64,000 nt of DNA from Bacillota bacterium (GTDB lineage Bacteria > Bacillota > Bacilli > Bacillales > Cytobacillaceae). Shown here piece after piece: positions 61,735 to 64,000 of the stretch (position 1 is its first letter; each line of letters begins with the position of its first letter). Location of the stretch: positions 6,833 through 70,832 of the forward strand of contig JAUZPL010000012.1 in assembly GCA_030705955.1 (NCBI GenBank), given 5' to 3'. Below the pieces are notes generated by a model. It worked only from the letters and a program-made list of their open reading frames with translations. It searched no databases and was not told where the DNA came from. The position numbers and the translations under genes are program-made.

Positions 61735-62593
61735 AAAGATATATGAAGCCCTAAACTGGGCTTCTTCTTTTTTTAAAAATGCCGGTCGGGACGAAAATGC
61801 TGGTGAACTTCTTCTTAGGCACCTTACAAACATGTCCAGATCCCAGCTGTTAGCTAATTTGCGCGAGGACCTTCCCGATGAGGTGTGGGCTTCGTTTGAA
61901 AAATCGGTATTTGAACATGAAAAGGGAATGCCAATCCAATATATTATGGGATTTGAGGAATTTTACGGACGTCGCTTTCTTGTGAATGAATCTGTATTAA
62001 TTCCAAGGCCGGAAACAGAAGAGCTTGTCTTAGAAATGGTGCGGAGAATTCAAACAAAATTCCCAAACCAAAAGGAAATGAGTGCTGTAGATATTGGAAC
62101 TGGCAGTGGAGCCATTGCGGTTAGTTTAAAATTAGAGCTTCCTGATTTACATGTAATGGCATCAGATATTTCTCTCGATTCATTAGCGGTTGCAAAAGAA
62201 AATGCAGTGAATCTTGGAGCACAGGTGGAGTTTGTTCAAGGGGACTTACTGCTCCCTTTTATGGATCATAAATTTGATGTCGTCATTTCAAATCCGCCGT
62301 ACATTCCGCTGAGTGATAAACCATTAATGTCGGAGGTAGTTACAGACCACGAACCACATCGTGCGTTGTTTGCTGGGATGGATGGACTTGATTTTTATCG
62401 GAGGTTTATGAAGGAATTGCCTTTAGTGTTAAAAAAAGAAGCGATAGTTGGCTTTGAAATCGGTGCAGGGCAGAGCGAGGCAGTAGTAAGGCTATTTCAA
62501 CATTCCTTTCCAAATGTAATGACTGAAGTTGTTTATGATATAAATGGTAAAGACAGAATGGTGTTTGCGGAGTTTATAAAGAAAACTCGCTGA
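61727..62593 (+). CDS. prmC: Release-factor glutamine N5-methyltransferase PrmC (HemK)
   Basis: Start moved to ATG 61727, overlapping the prfA stop. [12 protein letters not shown] motif and NPPY catalytic motif. Confidence 0.9.
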   Translation: MSKKIYEALNWASSFFKNAGRDENAGELLLRHLTNMSRSQLLANLREDLPDEVWASFEKSVFEHEKGMPIQYIMGFEEFYGRRFLVNESVLIPRPETEELVLEMVRRIQTKFPNQKEMSAVDIGTGSGAIAVSLKLELPDLHVMASDISLDSLAVAKENAVNLGAQVEFVQGDLLLPFMDHKFDVVISNPPYIPLSDKPLMSEVVTDHEPHRALFAGMDGLDFYRRFMKELPLVLKKEAIVGFEIGAGQSEAVVRLFQHSFPNVMTEVVYDINGKDRMVFAEFIKKTR

Positions 62594-62693
62594 TTGGCGA
62601 GCCCCTAAGGGCGGTTCATGAGGCGTAGTTGCACTTATGCGACATAGGAAAGTATAAAATTTGGGCTTGAAATTTTATACTTTCCTATTAGCC
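62573..62693 (-). repeat. Family 1 repeat, full-length copy C (inverted relative to copy A)
   Basis: The reverse complement aligns with copy A along its whole length: same three hairpins, scattered substitutions. It overlaps the last 7 codons and the stop of prmC. Confidence 0.85.
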
Positions 62694-62701
62694 AAGCTAA
62701 G

Positions 62702-62735
62702 AATCCTCGGATGAAACAGTTCCGGGGATTTTTTT
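62702..62735 (+). terminator. prmC terminator
   Basis: AATCCTCGGA-N9-TCCGGGGATT followed by TTTTT. Confidence 0.75.
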
Positions 62736-62814
62736 AGTAGATTTCATTCTTTTAATAGTTTAAGATTCTAACACTTTGTCCACAATGAAGATATCAGAGG
62801 GGACGGTGTTTAGA

Positions 62815-63567
62815 ATGAAAAAGAAAACAATGGTGTGGGCATATCTACTACTATTATCCTTAGGAACCATCCTAAGTTTATGGATACCGAAAAATGAAGT
62901 AACAGCTGCAAAAGAGGAAGTGACGATTCCTGGTCAAGCAATTCGGCTAAGGATTCTTGCAAATAGTGATACGGGCTCTGATCAAGCATTAAAAAGGCAA
63001 GTAAGGGATGCAGTGAATGCGAAGATTTCTGTTTGGGTAAAAGACTTAACATCCATAAAAGAAGCGCGAAAGGTGATTCAATCAAAGCTTCCAGAAATTC
63101 AAGCAACGGCAGAAGAGGTTGTAAAGCAGCAAGGCTCAAATCAAGCGATAAACGTGAAATTTGGGAAAGTACAGTTTCCAACAAAGTTATATGGTGATTT
63201 TCTTTACCCAGCAGGTGAATATGAAGCGATTCTTATCACATTAGGCACTGGAAAAGGAGCAAACTGGTGGTGTGTGCTATTCCCGCCGCTGTGTTTCCTT
63301 GATTTTTCAAATGGTGTGGCAGTAAGTAAAGGATTCGAAGATAAGAACAAGGATGGAGTAAGCAGCTCGGATGTACAAACGGACGGTAAAAAGGTAGAAA
63401 ACCAGGATACTCAGGTAAAATTAGAACAACCAGCAGTAAAAAAGCAAGACCAACAAAAGTCAGAAAAACCTCAAAAGAAAGCTGCACCAGTATATACTAC
63501 ACAAGATGAGCAGCCAATGAAGGTTAAATTCTTTGTAGTGGAATTGTGGGAAAAGCTATTCGATTAA
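62815..63567 (+). CDS. spoIIR: Stage II sporulation signalling protein SpoIIR
   Basis: Start moved to MKKKTMVW. The conserved IPGQAIRLRILANSD motif matches B. subtilis SpoIIR. Confidence 0.88.
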   Translation: MKKKTMVWAYLLLLSLGTILSLWIPKNEVTAAKEEVTIPGQAIRLRILANSDTGSDQALKRQVRDAVNAKISVWVKDLTSIKEARKVIQSKLPEIQATAEEVVKQQGSNQAINVKFGKVQFPTKLYGDFLYPAGEYEAILITLGTGKGANWWCVLFPPLCFLDFSNGVAVSKGFEDKNKDGVSSSDVQTDGKKVENQDTQVKLEQPAVKKQDQQKSEKPQKKAAPVYTTQDEQPMKVKFFVVELWEKLFD

Positions 63568-63655
63568 TGACCTCTATTCGGGGTCTTTTTTTAGTTCTAT
63601 TTTTTCTATTAATTCATATTCATAGTAATAGATTAAATAAAACGAGGTGGAGACG

Positions 63656-64000
63656 ATGGAAGAGACTATCCGTTGTGCGAATAAACAAGATATAACAGTA
63701 TTGAAAGATTTTCTTACAAATGCCCATCTTGGAACAGATGGAATCACAGAAGAAACCGTACAATACTTTTTACTGCTTGAAGAAGAAGAGGGAAAGGTAA
63801 CAGGCAGCCTTGGAATTGAGCCCTTTGAAAACGTTGGTCTGTTGCGTTCATTAGTGGTGACTCCTGGTAATGCTGAACGTGATATTTGGCTATTATTCGG
63901 ACAAGCCCTTCAGTTAGCTAAGGAAAAAGGAATAAAAGAGTTATATTTAGCAACTAATAAAAATGAGGTACTCCCGCTCTTTGTCACATTAGGATTTAAA
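63656..64000 (+). CDS. GNAT-family N-acetyltransferase, 5-prime partial (runs off window end)
   Basis: Not in track. ATG 63656 behind GAGGTGG. Hand translation MEETIRCANKQDITVLKDFL...VGLLRSLVVTPGNAERDIWLLFGQALQLAKEKGIKELYLATN has a GNAT-like beta-alpha pattern. Confidence 0.55.
   Translation, partial: MEETIRCANKQDITVLKDFLTNAHLGTDGITEETVQYFLLLEEEEGKVTGSLGIEPFENVGLLRSLVVTPGNAERDIWLLFGQALQLAKEKGIKELYLATNKNEVLPLFVTLGFK

Overview
AT-rich chromosomal segment of a spore-forming Bacillus-type Firmicute. From about 16.5 kb to the end, gene order follows the B. subtilis ywd-ywl region: ywdI/K, gerQ, hemQ/chdC, pta, lipL, rsfA, ywfO, ywgA, ywhB-D, pbpG, speEB, ywiB-argS, cls, fadF, rpoE, pyrG, ywjG, spo0F, fbaA, murAB, glpX, rho, rpmE, tdk, prfA, prmC, spoIIR. 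The first 16.4 kb is an anaerobic-respiration block absent from that synteny. It holds a Sec-type (clade II) nosZ with a membrane-anchored cytochrome c behind an Fnr-type box. It also holds a Tat-exported three-subunit formate dehydrogenase whose alpha subunit is read through an in-frame TGA with an E. coli-like SECIS hairpin, plus fdhD, fdhE and mobA-moeA-moeA/PBP-moaE-moaD-moeB. Other accessory inserts are an MFS exporter, a fadF-thiolase-hbd-2xACAD-TetR-icmF acyl-CoA cluster with palindromic operators, and a divergent TupABC-like oxyanion transporter whose binding protein carries an SH3b domain. Unexplained non-coding structure: (i) a 208-bp tandem duplication with a 21-nt GGTAAA periodicity and Lys-rich micro-ORFs (25.8-26.3 kb); (ii) a structured ~115-bp repeat in three copies, two of which supply gene stop codons; (iii) a ~65% G+C palindromic element between the two moeA paralogs. 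I saw no rRNA, tRNA, CRISPR, transposase, phage or recognisable defence genes. All calls come from reading the sequence and ORF track by eye; no searches were run.
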